This document shows, piece after piece, positions 47,461 to 57,996 of a stretch of DNA of 64,000 bases (positions are counted from its first letter, which is position 1; every line of letters begins with the position of its first letter). The notes under the pieces were generated by a model. It did no database searches and was not told where the DNA came from. It saw only the letters and a list, made by a program, of their open reading frames with translations. This stretch comes from Nitrospirota bacterium. Its GTDB lineage: Bacteria > Nitrospirota > UBA9217. The position numbers and the translations under genes were made by a program. Location: the NCBI GenBank assembly GCA_963790205.1, contig CAWBNQ010000001.1, forward strand, positions 672,001 to 736,000. The letters run 5' to 3'.

Positions 47461-47621
47461 CGCATACTCATCAGCGAGTTCACCGAGGCAAAGATCAGAA
47501 ACCTCATCGAGGGAGGCGTGCTCTTTAAGTGGATATGAAGGAAATGGACACGGTAAAGGTGAAGGGAAAGGACATCCCTGTCAAGATCTTCGGCATTGCG
47601 ACGAAGCTGAAGAAGGAGTAG
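47461..47621 (+). pseudogene. Relic C-terminus of an adenylate/guanylate cyclase
   Basis: RILISEFT…[frameshift]…VKVKGKDIPVKIF. Confidence 0.55.
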
Positions 47622-48177
47622 AAAAAATTTTCTGGATAAACGCAACTCGCTGCTATTTCACCTACTATTCTGCAGCCGTGTTGACGAAATATCTATGCAC
47701 AATACTGGTAGAATCCTGCACATAACACGTGCGTAACACGCCGCCTTATGGCGCGTCGCTGTTGACGTGAAGATTGAAAAGTACCGTTGTCCTGTACTAG
47801 ACTTTCTTAAGGTTTTAGCGGATGAAATCAGAGTTGTCGACAACAAGATATGCATTCGGGGAAGTCCTGCGGTGCTGACCGCGGCTATTGCAGAAAAAAA
47901 TGGGCGCCCGCTCCCTCGTGAGAGGAAGGGTGCCCGGTTTTGCACTTGAATGGCCCCAATCTGGGCATCGAATGAGTAGATCTTATGCGAATAATACAAG
48001 ATGAAGTGTTGATCGTTGCCGTGAATGTAAACTCCAATGATACAGGATGTTTTTTGCAATTTAAAAAAGCTGGAACTCCCGCTGGCTTCAGAAAGAAGTT
48101 CATTATTGCTTATATTCATTATCAAACGAAAAAGAAAATATGCGACAATGCGCGGGCTGAGAAATAGAAAAAGAATA

Positions 48178-49140
48178 CTATCCCCTCAAGTGACAGTCCA
48201 CAAAGTGGCCATTCCCGAGTTCGGTCGTCCTCGGGACGATCTTGTCGCAGGGCTCGAAGCGGTAGATGCAACGGGTGTGGAAGCGGCAGCCGGGCGGGAT
48301 CTGCGCGGGGCTGGGAATGTCGCCCTTGAGCAAAATGTGCTTCCTCTTCACGGTCGGGTCCGCCACGGGGATGTCGGCAAGCAGCGCCTCCGTATAGGGG
48401 TGGGACGGATTACGATACATCTCCTCCGCAGGAGCACTTTCCACGATCTTGCCCAGATACATGACGGCCACACGGTCCGAGAAGTGGCGCACCAGGTTCA
48501 GATCGTGAGCGATAAAGAGGAACGACAGCTTCAACTCATCCCGCAGGTCTTCGAGGAGGTTGATGATCTGCGCCTGGACCGATACGTCGAGGGCAGAGAC
48601 CGGCTCGTCGGCGACGATAAACGACGGTCCGCACGCAAGGGCGCGGGCAATGCCGACCCGCTGGCGCTGCCCGCCGGAAAATTCGTGGGGGTAACGGCGC
48701 ATGGCGTCGGCGGAGAGCCCTACCTTTTCGAGCAATGCTGCAGCCCGCACGGGCAGTTCGCGGTTCTTCGCAAGCCCATGGATCACGAGCGGCTCGGTAA
48801 TGATCTCCTCGATGCGCATTCGCGGATTGAGCGAAGCGAAGGGATCCTGGAAGATAATCTGCATCTTCTTGCGGAGCGCGCGGAGTTCCTGCTTCCTCAG
48901 CCCGCCGAGGTCCTTCCCCTCAAAGGCTACACTGCCCGATGTCGGCTCAAGCAGCCTGAGTGCGAGCCTGCCGAGGGTCGACTTGCCGCAGCCGCTTTCA
49001 CCCACGAGACCCAAGGCCTCGCCGCGCGAAACGTCCAGGCTCACTCCGTCCACGGCCTTGGCCTCGATGGTTTTCCCGAGGTCCGCCTTGACGGGAAAAA
49101 ATTTGTAGAGGTCTCTTATTTTAAGAAGGGGGTTGGGCAT
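48178..49140 (-). CDS. oppF: Peptide ABC transporter ATP-binding subunit (OppF/DppF)
   Basis: [41 protein letters not shown]. Confidence 0.92.
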   Translation of the reverse strand: MPNPLLKIRDLYKFFPVKADLGKTIEAKAVDGVSLDVSRGEALGLVGESGCGKSTLGRLALRLLEPTSGSVAFEGKDLGGLRKQELRALRKKMQIIFQDPFASLNPRMRIEEIITEPLVIHGLAKNRELPVRAAALLEKVGLSADAMRRYPHEFSGGQRQRVGIARALACGPSFIVADEPVSALDVSVQAQIINLLEDLRDELKLSFLFIAHDLNLVRHFSDRVAVMYLGKIVESAPAEEMYRNPSHPYTEALLADIPVADPTVKRKHILLKGDIPSPAQIPPGCRFHTRCIYRFEPCDKIVPRTTELGNGHFVDCHLRG

Positions 49141-49146
49141 AGTTCA

Positions 49147-49243
49147 TTTCGGATTGCGAATTGCGGATTTAGGATTGAGAAAAATCTGAGCCAGCAGGTT
49201 CTCCGATCATAAATTCGCGATTCGCAATCGGCAATCCGCAATT
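49147..49243. repeat. Inverted heptamer-type tandem repeats (TTGCGGA / TCCGCAA)
   Basis: Same unit recurs near 46565 and 60897. Confidence 0.5.
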
Positions 49244-49246
49244 AGT

Positions 49247-50206
49247 TCACTTTGCTTCCCAGCATCGCACCAGATGGCCGGGCTTTACTTCAACCAGTTC
49301 AGGCTCCACCTCACACCGCGCGGTCTTGATATCGCAGCGCGGGGCGAATTTGCATCCCGCCGGCAGGTCATGGAGCCGCGGCACGGTTCCCGCGATCGTG
49401 CGGAGCCGTTTCCTGCCTTCTTCGCCGGTTTTGGGGACCGAGGCCATGAGCCCGCGGGTATAGGGGTGCTCGGGATTCGCGAACAGCTCCTTTGTTTCTG
49501 CCTGTTCGACGATCCTGCCGGCGTACATCACCGCCACATCCTGGGCACGTTCGGCGATGAGACCGAGATCGTGGGTGACTAAAATCACGGCCATGCCCAT
49601 TTCAGCCTGTATCCGGCCGAGCAGTTCCAGGATATGCGCCTGGATCGTGACGTCGAGCGCGGTTGTCGGTTCATCGGCAAGGACAAGCGACGGCTTGCAC
49701 GCAATCGCCATAGCAATCATCACGCGCTGGCGCATGCCTCCCGACATCTGGTGCGGATATTCATGCACGCGTTTCTCCGGAGAGGGAATGCCGACGGAAT
49801 GAAGAAGCTCGACGGCGGAGTCCATGGCCTGTTTTTTCGTCACATCAAGGTGGGTGGTCAGCACTTCGGCGATCTGGTTCCCCACCGTGAAGACGGGGTT
49901 GAGCGCGGTCATGGGCTCCTGGAAGATCATCGAGATATGCGCGCCGCGGACCTTGCGCATCTCCTCAGGCGGCAGCGCGAGCAGGTCCCGACCTTCGAAA
50001 TAAATGCGGCCGGAAACGATCTTGCCGGGATAGGGGACGAGGTTGAGGATGGAAAGGGCGGTGACGGTCTTGCCACAGCCCGATTCGCCGACCAGGCCGA
50101 GCACGCGGCCTTTCCGCAGGCCGAGGCTGAGGTTGTCGACGGCCTTCACCACTCCCGAGCGGGTGAAGAAGTGCGTGGTGAGGTCTTTTATTTCAAGAAG
50201 GTCCAA
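49247..50206 (-). CDS. oppD: Peptide ABC transporter ATP-binding subunit (OppD/DppD)
   Basis: [24 protein letters not shown]. Confidence 0.92.
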   Translation of the reverse strand: MDLLEIKDLTTHFFTRSGVVKAVDNLSLGLRKGRVLGLVGESGCGKTVTALSILNLVPYPGKIVSGRIYFEGRDLLALPPEEMRKVRGAHISMIFQEPMTALNPVFTVGNQIAEVLTTHLDVTKKQAMDSAVELLHSVGIPSPEKRVHEYPHQMSGGMRQRVMIAMAIACKPSLVLADEPTTALDVTIQAHILELLGRIQAEMGMAVILVTHDLGLIAERAQDVAVMYAGRIVEQAETKELFANPEHPYTRGLMASVPKTGEEGRKRLRTIAGTVPRLHDLPAGCKFAPRCDIKTARCEVEPELVEVKPGHLVRCWEAK

Positions 50207-50219
50207 AAGAGAGGCTCCG

Positions 50220-50942
50220 TCAGGAAGTCTGGGGTTTTACTACAAAGTTCAGATAAGTCCTCACTGCGGAGTTGTTCGGATCGAACACGAGCGCCTCTCT
50301 CCACTCCTCTTCAGCCAACCCGTAAAAGCCCTGGGAATAGTACGTGATGCCGAGGTGAAGACGCGCGGGAATGTAGTGCGGGTTGCTTTGCTTGGCGTGG
50401 TTGAATTGCGCGATCGCCTCATCGAAGCGGCCTTTGTCCCGGAGAGCGACGCCGAGGTGGGTGATGATGTCGGCGAAGTTCGGCGAAAGGCGGAGCGCCT
50501 TTTGATATTCATCGATGGCCTCGTCGAGCTCTCCTAGTTCGTAATAAATTTTGCCGATCCGCAGGTGCTCGTCTGCAAGTTTTCCCTTTATAAAGGGATC
50601 GATGGATGAACTCGAGGTCTTATTCTCCTGCTCGGAAAAGCGGGATGCCTGCTCAAAGACTTTACGGGCCTCTTCATACTTCCCGAGGTCGCTGTAGGTG
50701 ATGGCGAGGTTGAGCGAAGCCTCGGTATATCCCGGGTTCCTCTCCAGGGCTTTTTTGAAAGCCTTCGCCGCCATCTCGAGCCGGTTGGTCTGGTTATAAA
50801 TGATCCCTATTTTGTTCTGGATATCGGCAAAGGCAGGATTTATGCTCAAGAGCTGCTGAAACAAGCCTTCAGCTGTCCCGTAGTCACCTTTGTCGAAGGC
50901 TTCCGTACCGTTTTTATACAGCTCGTCGAGCTTTGGCGGCAT
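50220..50942 (-). CDS. TPR-repeat protein
   Basis: Several canonical TPR units (A…F.KAL..NP.Y). Confidence 0.88.
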   Translation of the reverse strand: MPPKLDELYKNGTEAFDKGDYGTAEGLFQQLLSINPAFADIQNKIGIIYNQTNRLEMAAKAFKKALERNPGYTEASLNLAITYSDLGKYEEARKVFEQASRFSEQENKTSSSSIDPFIKGKLADEHLRIGKIYYELGELDEAIDEYQKALRLSPNFADIITHLGVALRDKGRFDEAIAQFNHAKQSNPHYIPARLHLGITYYSQGFYGLAEEEWREALVFDPNNSAVRTYLNFVVKPQTS

Positions 50943-51262
50943 TTTTTCTCCATAACTCCCGGAAACTTACGAAATTAAAACAGTATATAAAAAATTTATC
51001 ATACCGCAGCATACCCTGTCAATGAAAAACAGGGCTGACGGCCCTCCCCCGGCGGGCGTTTAAATTCTTACTTCCAGGTGCCGCGGTCCGCAAGCGCGGG
51101 GCGGACGAAAAGGAGCGCGGTAACGAAAGCCACGGTCCGAGCAGGCTGGTTGTGCTTTTGCAGCTACAATATCACGATGGGAAGAGTCATTTTTACCACG
51201 GCCGTATTGCTTGATTTTTTTGCAACTCCTTGTTTATCGAAAAATTTTATAAAATATATGCG

Positions 51263-51278
51263 TGGCACATGGATTGCT
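51263..51278 (+). promoter_or_regulatory. sigma54 (-24/-12) promoter upstream of lpxC
   Basis: TGGCAC-ATGGA-TTGCT, consensus match. Confidence 0.75.
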
Positions 51279-51311
51279 ATATTACCAGCTGAAGATGGGG
51301 GCAAGCTTACG

Positions 51312-52217
51312 ATGAGATTTCAGCGCACCATAAAAAAAGCGATCCCTTGCAAGGGTATCGGTCTTCACTCGGGAAAAGCGGTGAAGATGAAGATCAAACC
51401 CGCACCGGTGGACACCGGCGTGGTGTTTATGCGCACCGATCTCGGAGGCTGTGAGATCAAGGCGGTCGCAGCCAACACCGCGGCCACGAGCTATGCAACG
51501 ACGCTCTGCCGGAACGGCGCAACGGTCAAGACGGTGGAGCACCTCTTGGCGGCCTTTGCCGGTCTCAATATCGATAACGCCTTCGTCGAGCTCGATGCTG
51601 AGGAAGTCCCGATCATGGACGGGAGCGCCGGGCCGTTCATCAGGTTCATCGCCGATGCCGGCATCCATACCCAGGAAAAGATCCAAGCGCTGATCAAGAT
51701 CATACAACCCGTCTTCGTGCGCGAAGGCAACAAGCAGCTCGCTATCTGGCCGGCGGACGCGCCGAGCATTTCCTACTTCATCGACTTCGATCATCCCATG
51801 CTCAAGGAGCAGAGCTTCCAGTACCTGCCGTCGGAAGAGGAATTTTTGCGCGAGGTGGCCGATGCCCGCACCTTCGGGTTCCTGAGCGACGTCAAAACCC
51901 TGCAGGCGAACGGCCTGGCAAAGGGCGCGTCCCTGGACAACGCCGTGGCCCTTGCTGAAGATTCGGTGCTGAACAAAGAAGGCCTCCGGTATAAGGATGA
52001 GTTCGTCCGGCATAAGATCCTGGACCTCATCGGCGATTTTTCCCTCGCGGGCATGCCGATTCTCGGCCACATTGTGGCGCACAAGTCCGGCCACGCCTTG
52101 AACGCGCAGATGGTGAGCAGGCTCCTGCACAATCCGCAGAGCTGGATCCTCGTCGGTCCCTCGGAGGAAGCGCCGGTCACGCAGCAGGAAATGCAGTATC
52201 AGCCCGCGGTCTTATAA
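51312..52217 (+). CDS. lpxC: UDP-3-O-acyl-N-acetylglucosamine deacetylase
   Basis: QRTI…GIGLHSG, TVEHLLAA, EVPIMDGSA, ARTFGF, RHKILDLIGD, KSGH. Confidence 0.96.
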   Translation: MRFQRTIKKAIPCKGIGLHSGKAVKMKIKPAPVDTGVVFMRTDLGGCEIKAVAANTAATSYATTLCRNGATVKTVEHLLAAFAGLNIDNAFVELDAEEVPIMDGSAGPFIRFIADAGIHTQEKIQALIKIIQPVFVREGNKQLAIWPADAPSISYFIDFDHPMLKEQSFQYLPSEEEFLREVADARTFGFLSDVKTLQANGLAKGASLDNAVALAEDSVLNKEGLRYKDEFVRHKILDLIGDFSLAGMPILGHIVAHKSGHALNAQMVSRLLHNPQSWILVGPSEEAPVTQQEMQYQPAVL

Positions 52218-52243
52218 GAGCACGATTATGCCGGAAAGAGAAG

Positions 52244-52278
52244 AAGCCGACGTTCATATCGAACGTCGGCTTTTGTTT
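52244..52278 (+). terminator. Intrinsic terminator after lpxC
   Basis: 12-bp perfect stem AAGCCGACGTTC/GAACGTCGGCTT followed by a T tract. Confidence 0.8.
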
Positions 52279-52668
52279 GGACTGAATCAGGCAGAAGTAA
52301 CATTTTCACCTACAATTAAACGAGTCTCAGTCAATCGAATCTCTAATGAATTCTGGTTGAAACTCGCAATTATCTCACCCTTCCCACTGCCGCCGCGAGC
52401 GGAAAAAGACCGCACTGAAGAGCAATAAAAACGACAACGGATATCGGGAAGCTGCTTCTCGTATAGATCATGCCTCGTTGTCGTCTCGAACGATCGGTTG
52501 AAGTCGAAACCCATTCATGGACGATCAAGTATATACAATTTCAATTGTCCAGGGGAGGGGAAAATTGGTCCGTCAAGATCCGTGTTCATCCACTCCCGTC
52601 AGAATATCGATTGACAGGGGCACGGCAATCATGGTAACTTTTAAACACTGCGATATATAAATTATTGT

Positions 52669-53838
52669 ATGCTGAAGCAGACATTAATAATCGTTTCCTG
52701 TCTCGTTGGTTCCGTGCTCGTCGGCATTGTTGTCGCTTTTATCGTCGACAGCACTGAAAATATCGCCATTGAAAAAAGTCTCCGTGCGTCCGTAGAAGGC
52801 GATATCAAAAAAACCCTTGTTTTGTTCAATGAGTCGGCCTTCCATCACAGACCGAGCGACGAAAAGAGGTTTATCGAAAAATATATCAAGACCGTCATGG
52901 CGGACAAAGTCGTTGCCTATGAACATGGACCGGGCAACCGGCCGAAAAGCGACGATGAAGATTTCCTCTTTACGCTGAACGGCAGGGACTATTTGCTCGA
53001 TGTTTACTTGCGGGATCAATATTTGGAATCTGAGTTCACCTTCCTGGATATCAGGGCTTATGCGGGGATCGCCGCGACCATCATCTTTTTCACGTTCACC
53101 GTTTATTTTCTCGAGAACAGGAAGCGGGCCCTCGTCATGCAGCAGCAGTTCGCCCAGAAACATGCTCAGCTCAACACCGCTTTACAACAGCATGAAGCAC
53201 TGGCCTTGCTCGGCCGCATGTCCGCGGCGCTCGCGCACGAACTGAAAACTCCGATCGCCTCGATCTCGAACCTTCTCCAGACGTTTCCCTCCCGCCGGGC
53301 GGACGAACAGTTCGTCAAACGCTTCCTTGAATTAATGGACGAAGAGCTCAATCGGACCCAGCAGTTGATAGACAATCTTCTTGCGTACGGGAAGGAGATC
53401 GACACCCACAACAGTGAACTGGCCGCGATCGGGGATCTCCTGAAAAAAAACGCGACGAGCGGGATAATCGTGGAGATTTCCACGAAGTTCAAGCTCCTTG
53501 GGGACAAATTCTATCTGGAGCTGCTTTTTAAGAATCTGCTGAGAAACAGCCGGGAAGCCGGGGCGGACAGGATCAGGATCCATCTCAACGCCCGCCCGGA
53601 GGACACTGCGTCGAATGCGGAAATCGTATGCGAAGACAATGGAGCGGGATTCTCTCCGACTGCTGATCTCGAAAAATTGACCGATCCTTTCATAACCAGC
53701 CGGTCCCGCGGCGGCGGGCTGGGATTGTATCTTGCAAAAAAAATTGCGACCGCGCACGGAGGCTCGCTTTCGCTTCAAAGAATGGAAAAGGGCGCGCGGG
53801 TGATTATAACGCTTCCGATGAGCAGGGTTAGGGCTTGA
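52669..53838 (+). CDS. Membrane sensor histidine kinase (no adjacent response regulator)
   Basis: AHELKTP H-box, NLLRNS N-box, DNGAG, GGGLGL. Confidence 0.9.
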   Translation: MLKQTLIIVSCLVGSVLVGIVVAFIVDSTENIAIEKSLRASVEGDIKKTLVLFNESAFHHRPSDEKRFIEKYIKTVMADKVVAYEHGPGNRPKSDDEDFLFTLNGRDYLLDVYLRDQYLESEFTFLDIRAYAGIAATIIFFTFTVYFLENRKRALVMQQQFAQKHAQLNTALQQHEALALLGRMSAALAHELKTPIASISNLLQTFPSRRADEQFVKRFLELMDEELNRTQQLIDNLLAYGKEIDTHNSELAAIGDLLKKNATSGIIVEISTKFKLLGDKFYLELLFKNLLRNSREAGADRIRIHLNARPEDTASNAEIVCEDNGAGFSPTADLEKLTDPFITSRSRGGGLGLYLAKKIATAHGGSLSLQRMEKGARVIITLPMSRVRA

Positions 53839-53982
53839 TCCGCGAAGCAACCAGCAGTTAGCCCGTCGATGATGAAAAGAATTTTACCGGATCGCCGCAT
53901 CTTGCGATCGAGGCTCTGTACGTTTTGATCTACGACACCTTGGGCCATGCGTGACAGCGGCCCCAGGGCCGTCGCACATTTT

Positions 53983-54825
53983 TTATCGGCCGATTCTCCC
54001 TCGTGTAAGCACCTCGGAGAAACGCGGATCAACCGAGAGGTCAGGTTTCAGGACCTCCTTTCGCAAATTCCTGAACGTGGTCTTGGGCCAGTCCTTCAGG
54101 AAAAAGTTAACGAGCCATTTTGGGATCATCCCTTTCGGATCGCAAAGGAACACCGCATCGATCCTGGTCTCTTTATCCTTATCGATAGAACTCAGGATAA
54201 AGGTCGTATCGATCAGTTCGCCACGGATATAGTGGGTACGCGGAGCAGAGGGATCGCCTGATGGCTGATAATGGAAAACTATCTCCTTCCTGGAAAAATC
54301 GAAGCTCATTTTGACTTTCGACACAAAATCACGATCTTTGATGATGAATGGCAATCCAATATGGTCGTACTCAATGAAATTGTCCCTGTTTCTCCAGCGG
54401 ATGATCCTGGAGTCGACGAGGCCCTCTATCCATTCCCGACGCCTGTCGGTATCAAAAATGACCGTCGCTACTAAGGGCAATGGCGCTTTGACGACGCCGA
54501 TACCCCGAAACGCAACCAGCCTGCTGCTGCCTGCTTCTTTCCTGAGAATCTGAATCCCATCGGTCGTGTTGTCAACAGAACGCCATTCAGAAGCGTGGCT
54601 CAGCTGCGCTACGAGCGCAAAAAGTGCGATACATGACCCTACCCTCCGTCCAACGCGACAACGAGAATAGCCGGGAGAGAATTCCCCAGGGGAGCTTTTT
54701 TTTAAACGATCTGGGTCACTCATTTTAATGCTCGTGATCTTTACTTTCTTTCGAACAGGTTTGCTTTGAAAGCGATTTAACGAAGTGGTCGGGAGGAGTA
54801 TCTCAGAATGATTATTATCAGTCAA
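53983..54825 (-). CDS. START-domain lipid-binding protein (true start probably downstream)
   Basis: W…DGIQI, RR.W, PFIIKDRDFV, DPKGMIPKWLVN. Confidence 0.75.
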   Translation of the reverse strand: MTDNNHSEILLPTTSLNRFQSKPVRKKVKITSIKMSDPDRLKKSSPGEFSPGYSRCRVGRRVGSCIALFALVAQLSHASEWRSVDNTTDGIQILRKEAGSSRLVAFRGIGVVKAPLPLVATVIFDTDRRREWIEGLVDSRIIRWRNRDNFIEYDHIGLPFIIKDRDFVSKVKMSFDFSRKEIVFHYQPSGDPSAPRTHYIRGELIDTTFILSSIDKDKETRIDAVFLCDPKGMIPKWLVNFFLKDWPKTTFRNLRKEVLKPDLSVDPRFSEVLTRGRIGR

Positions 54826-55026
54826 GGGATTTTGCGGATTGTGCCAGCGATATGCTGTTTTGGGGGTAGATGTATCGAATGCGGGTTCAAACTATAAGTG
54901 TTCCAAAGAATGGCAACAACACAAACTTCAAAAAGAACGTGTCGAACACTTTTTTCGAACCAGGCATAGGAAGCTTTACCCAAAATATATTCCCCTGCCC
55001 CCTTTGCGCCTGGATCGTAAGAAAAA

Positions 55027-55701
55027 TTATTTTTTGCTTCTCAGGAATTCTTTCATGATCGCGGGGCCAGCGCTGGTCCCGATGCGCTCGGCGCCGGCCT
55101 CGACGAGCGCCGAGACCGCGGCAAGGTCCCTGATGCCGCCGGAGGCCTTTATCCTGCAACGCGGACCGATCGAGCCGCGCATGAGACGGACATCGTCGAC
55201 GGACGCGCCGCGCGGCCCGTACCCGGTGGAGGTCTTCACGAATTCGGCTCCGCTGCCCACGGCGATCCGGCAGGCGCGGGTTATTTCGTCTTGTGTGAGA
55301 CTGCCGGTCTCGATGATGACCTTATGGACCTTCTGCGGCGTCATGGCAATAACGTTCTTGAGGTCGATCTCGACGTAATCGAAGCGCCCCGATTTCGCCA
55401 TGCCGATGTTGATCACGATGTCGAGCTCCGAGGCCCCGTTCTTCACCGCCTCCATCGCCTCGACGATCTTGACCGTCGTGGTGCTCGCCCCGTGCGGGAA
55501 CCCGACGACGGCGCAGACTTTGATGAGCGTTCCGGAAAGCAATTCCCGGGCCCGCGCGACATGGCTCCCGCTTACCACCACGCAGTGGAATCCGTATTTT
55601 TTCGCTTCTTCACAGGCCGCGGCCACGTCAGTAATCGTCGCGTCGGGCCTGACGAGCGTATGGTCGATCAACTGCGCGAGCCCGGCGGCGTCCTCAAACA
55701 T
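55027..55701 (-). CDS. deoC: Deoxyribose-phosphate aldolase
   Basis: IDHT, VGFPHG, KVIIET, FVKTSTG, KASGGIR, RIGTS. Confidence 0.96.
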   Translation of the reverse strand: MFEDAAGLAQLIDHTLVRPDATITDVAAACEEAKKYGFHCVVVSGSHVARARELLSGTLIKVCAVVGFPHGASTTTVKIVEAMEAVKNGASELDIVINIGMAKSGRFDYVEIDLKNVIAMTPQKVHKVIIETGSLTQDEITRACRIAVGSGAEFVKTSTGYGPRGASVDDVRLMRGSIGPRCRIKASGGIRDLAAVSALVEAGAERIGTSAGPAIMKEFLRSKK

Positions 55702-56557
55702 CCCTGACGACCTCCCGCTGGTACGCCTCCCGGAGAGCGGTCGTTACGGGACCGGGTTTGCCATTTCCGATCACATTGCCATCGACGCGGGTGACCGGAA
55801 GCACCTCGACGGTCGTGTTCGTGATGAAGCACTCGTCCGCGCCTTCAAGGTCTTGCGGTTTGAGCCTGGTTTCCTTGGTGGGGATGCGGTCCTTTCGGGC
55901 CAGGTGCAGGACGAGGTCACGGGTGACGCCCTCGAGTATCCCCGTGTCGAGATTGGGCGTGTACAGGACGCCATGCTTGACCGTGAAGATATTGCTGATG
56001 GTCCCCTCGGCCACAAATCCCTCCCAGTTCAGCATGATCCCTTCATAGGCGCCTGACTTGAGTGATTCGATCTTCGCCAGGATGTTATTCAGGAAGTTCG
56101 TGCTCTTGATGACCGGGCTGATTGCCAGCGGATGGTTTCTCCGGGTTGTAACGACGGCCACGGCGACGCCCTGTTCATAAAAAGCGGCGGGATAATCCTT
56201 GAAGGGCTGAGTGACGATGATCATGGTGGGAGCGTGGCAGAGCGCGGGATCGAGCCCGATCTCGCCGGGTCCCCGCGACAGGTGGATCCGGACATAGGCT
56301 TCCGTGAGCTTATTGACGTTCAGGGTCTCGCACAGCGCCTCACCGATCTTCTCGAGGGGCAGGGGGAGCTTGAGCGAGATGGCGTCTGCGGAATGCTTGA
56401 GTCTGCTGAGATGCTTGCCAAGCAGAAAGAGTTTGCCGTTGTATGCGCGCAGGGTCTCGTAGATCCCGTCGCCGTAGAGGAATCCGTGATCGAAGACCGA
56501 GACGGAAGCTTCCGCCTTCGGGACGAAATGTCCGTTCACGTAAACGAGCATGATCAA
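55694..56557 (-). CDS. ilvE: Class IV PLP aminotransferase (branched-chain / D-amino-acid type)
   Basis: DHGFLYGDGIYE, IKS.N.L, EG..SNIF, ILEGVTR. Confidence 0.8.
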   Translation of the reverse strand: MIMLVYVNGHFVPKAEASVSVFDHGFLYGDGIYETLRAYNGKLFLLGKHLSRLKHSADAISLKLPLPLEKIGEALCETLNVNKLTEAYVRIHLSRGPGEIGLDPALCHAPTMIIVTQPFKDYPAAFYEQGVAVAVVTTRRNHPLAISPVIKSTNFLNNILAKIESLKSGAYEGIMLNWEGFVAEGTISNIFTVKHGVLYTPNLDTGILEGVTRDLVLHLARKDRIPTKETRLKPQDLEGADECFITNTTVEVLPVTRVDGNVIGNGKPGPVTTALREAYQREVVRDV

Positions 56558-56625
56558 AAAGTAGCATTATTGCCGGAGCGTGTCAAGCGGGAAAGATTCC
56601 GCGTCCGACCGGCCCCGACACTTCG

Positions 56626-57996
56626 CTAAAAGATCTTTCTCATCCATTTCAGATGGTCCTTGTACGGAGGATAACGCAGTTTGATGTCAAAAAGAAAACT
56701 GCTCTTGATGATGCTCCGATCGTGGGAGAACGCGTCAAAACCCGCCTTGCCGTGATACTTGCCCATGCCGCTTTCACCGACGCCGCCGAACGGCAGGCTG
56801 GTGGTCTCATGGATGACCGTGTCGTTGATGCATGCGCCGCCCGATGAGGCTTCACGAAGCACGCGCGCCTGCTTCTCCTTGTCCCGCGAGAAGAAATAAA
56901 GCGCCAGGGGCTTCGGGCGCGCATTGACCATGGCGATCGCCTCGGTCAGATCGCCATATTCGATGACCGGAAGGAGGGGCCCGAAGATCTCGTCTTCCAT
57001 GATGGGTTCCTGCCCCTTGAGGTTGTCGATGATCGTCGGTGCGATATAGCGCGCGGCACGGTCCGATTGTCCGCCCGCGATGATCGTTCCCTGTCCGAGC
57101 AGGCGCGAGAGGCGCTCGAAATGGGCGTCGTTCACGATCCTGCCGTAGTCGGGACTTTGCGCCGGATCGGCGCCGTAGAACTCGTTCACATACTTTACGA
57201 TAAGATCAAGAAGCCGTTGTTTGATACGCTTGTCGACCAGGAGATGGTCGACGGCCACGCAGCTCTGGCCCGCATTAAAGAACTTTCCCCATACGATCCT
57301 CCGTGCCGTATAGTCGAGGCGAGTGTCCCTGTCAACGATGCAGGGGTTCTTGCCGCCGAGCTCGAGCGTGACCGGCGTGAGGTGTCTCGCCGCCGCCTGC
57401 ATCACGAGCCTGCCCGTGGCGGGTCCGCCGGTGAAGAAGATGTAATCGAATTTTTCCTCAAGCAGCATCTGGCCGGTTTCCGCGCCGCCTTCGACAAGCG
57501 AAATATAAGCCGGGTCAAAGTTATCGGTGACGATCTTCGCGATCAAGCGCGCCGAATGCGGCGCGGCGATCGGCGGCTTGAGCACCCCGCAGTTGCCCGC
57601 AGCGACGGCCCCCACGAGGGGTCCGAACAGGAGCTGGAACGGAAAGTTCCAGGGGCCGATGATCAGTGCCACCCCGTAGGGTTCGGGCGCCACATAACTC
57701 GAACTCGGGAAGTAGGCCAGAGGCGTCCATACTTTTTTCGGCTTTGCCCAGTACCGGAGGCGCCTGAGCGCGTAATCGATCTCGTTGATCACGATCGCCG
57801 TATCTCCGCCGTAGGCCTCGAAGGCGGGTTTGTTCAGGTCCTGCTTCAATGCTTCGAAGATGGCGGTCTCCCGGCTGTTGATCGCCTTCCTCAGGATTTT
57901 GAGCTGTTCCATACGGAATGAGAGCTCCTTCGTCCTGCCTGAGGAGAAGAACGTCCGGTGATTTTCTAACAGCTCAAGAATGCGCGATTTATCCAT
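56626..57996 (-). CDS. Aldehyde dehydrogenase (ALDH3-like)
   Basis: PWNFP, FFTGG, LELGGKNP, NAGQSC, EIFGP, PFGGVGESG. Confidence 0.93.
   Translation of the reverse strand: MDKSRILELLENHRTFFSSGRTKELSFRMEQLKILRKAINSRETAIFEALKQDLNKPAFEAYGGDTAIVINEIDYALRRLRYWAKPKKVWTPLAYFPSSSYVAPEPYGVALIIGPWNFPFQLLFGPLVGAVAAGNCGVLKPPIAAPHSARLIAKIVTDNFDPAYISLVEGGAETGQMLLEEKFDYIFFTGGPATGRLVMQAAARHLTPVTLELGGKNPCIVDRDTRLDYTARRIVWGKFFNAGQSCVAVDHLLVDKRIKQRLLDLIVKYVNEFYGADPAQSPDYGRIVNDAHFERLSRLLGQGTIIAGGQSDRAARYIAPTIIDNLKGQEPIMEDEIFGPLLPVIEYGDLTEAIAMVNARPKPLALYFFSRDKEKQARVLREASSGGACINDTVIHETTSLPFGGVGESGMGKYHGKAGFDAFSHDRSIIKSSFLFDIKLRYPPYKDHLKWMRKIF

Noticed and set aside
52287..52514. 75-aa ORF, possible PilZ-like relic
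   Set aside because: The RxxxR and DxSxxG motifs are not present.
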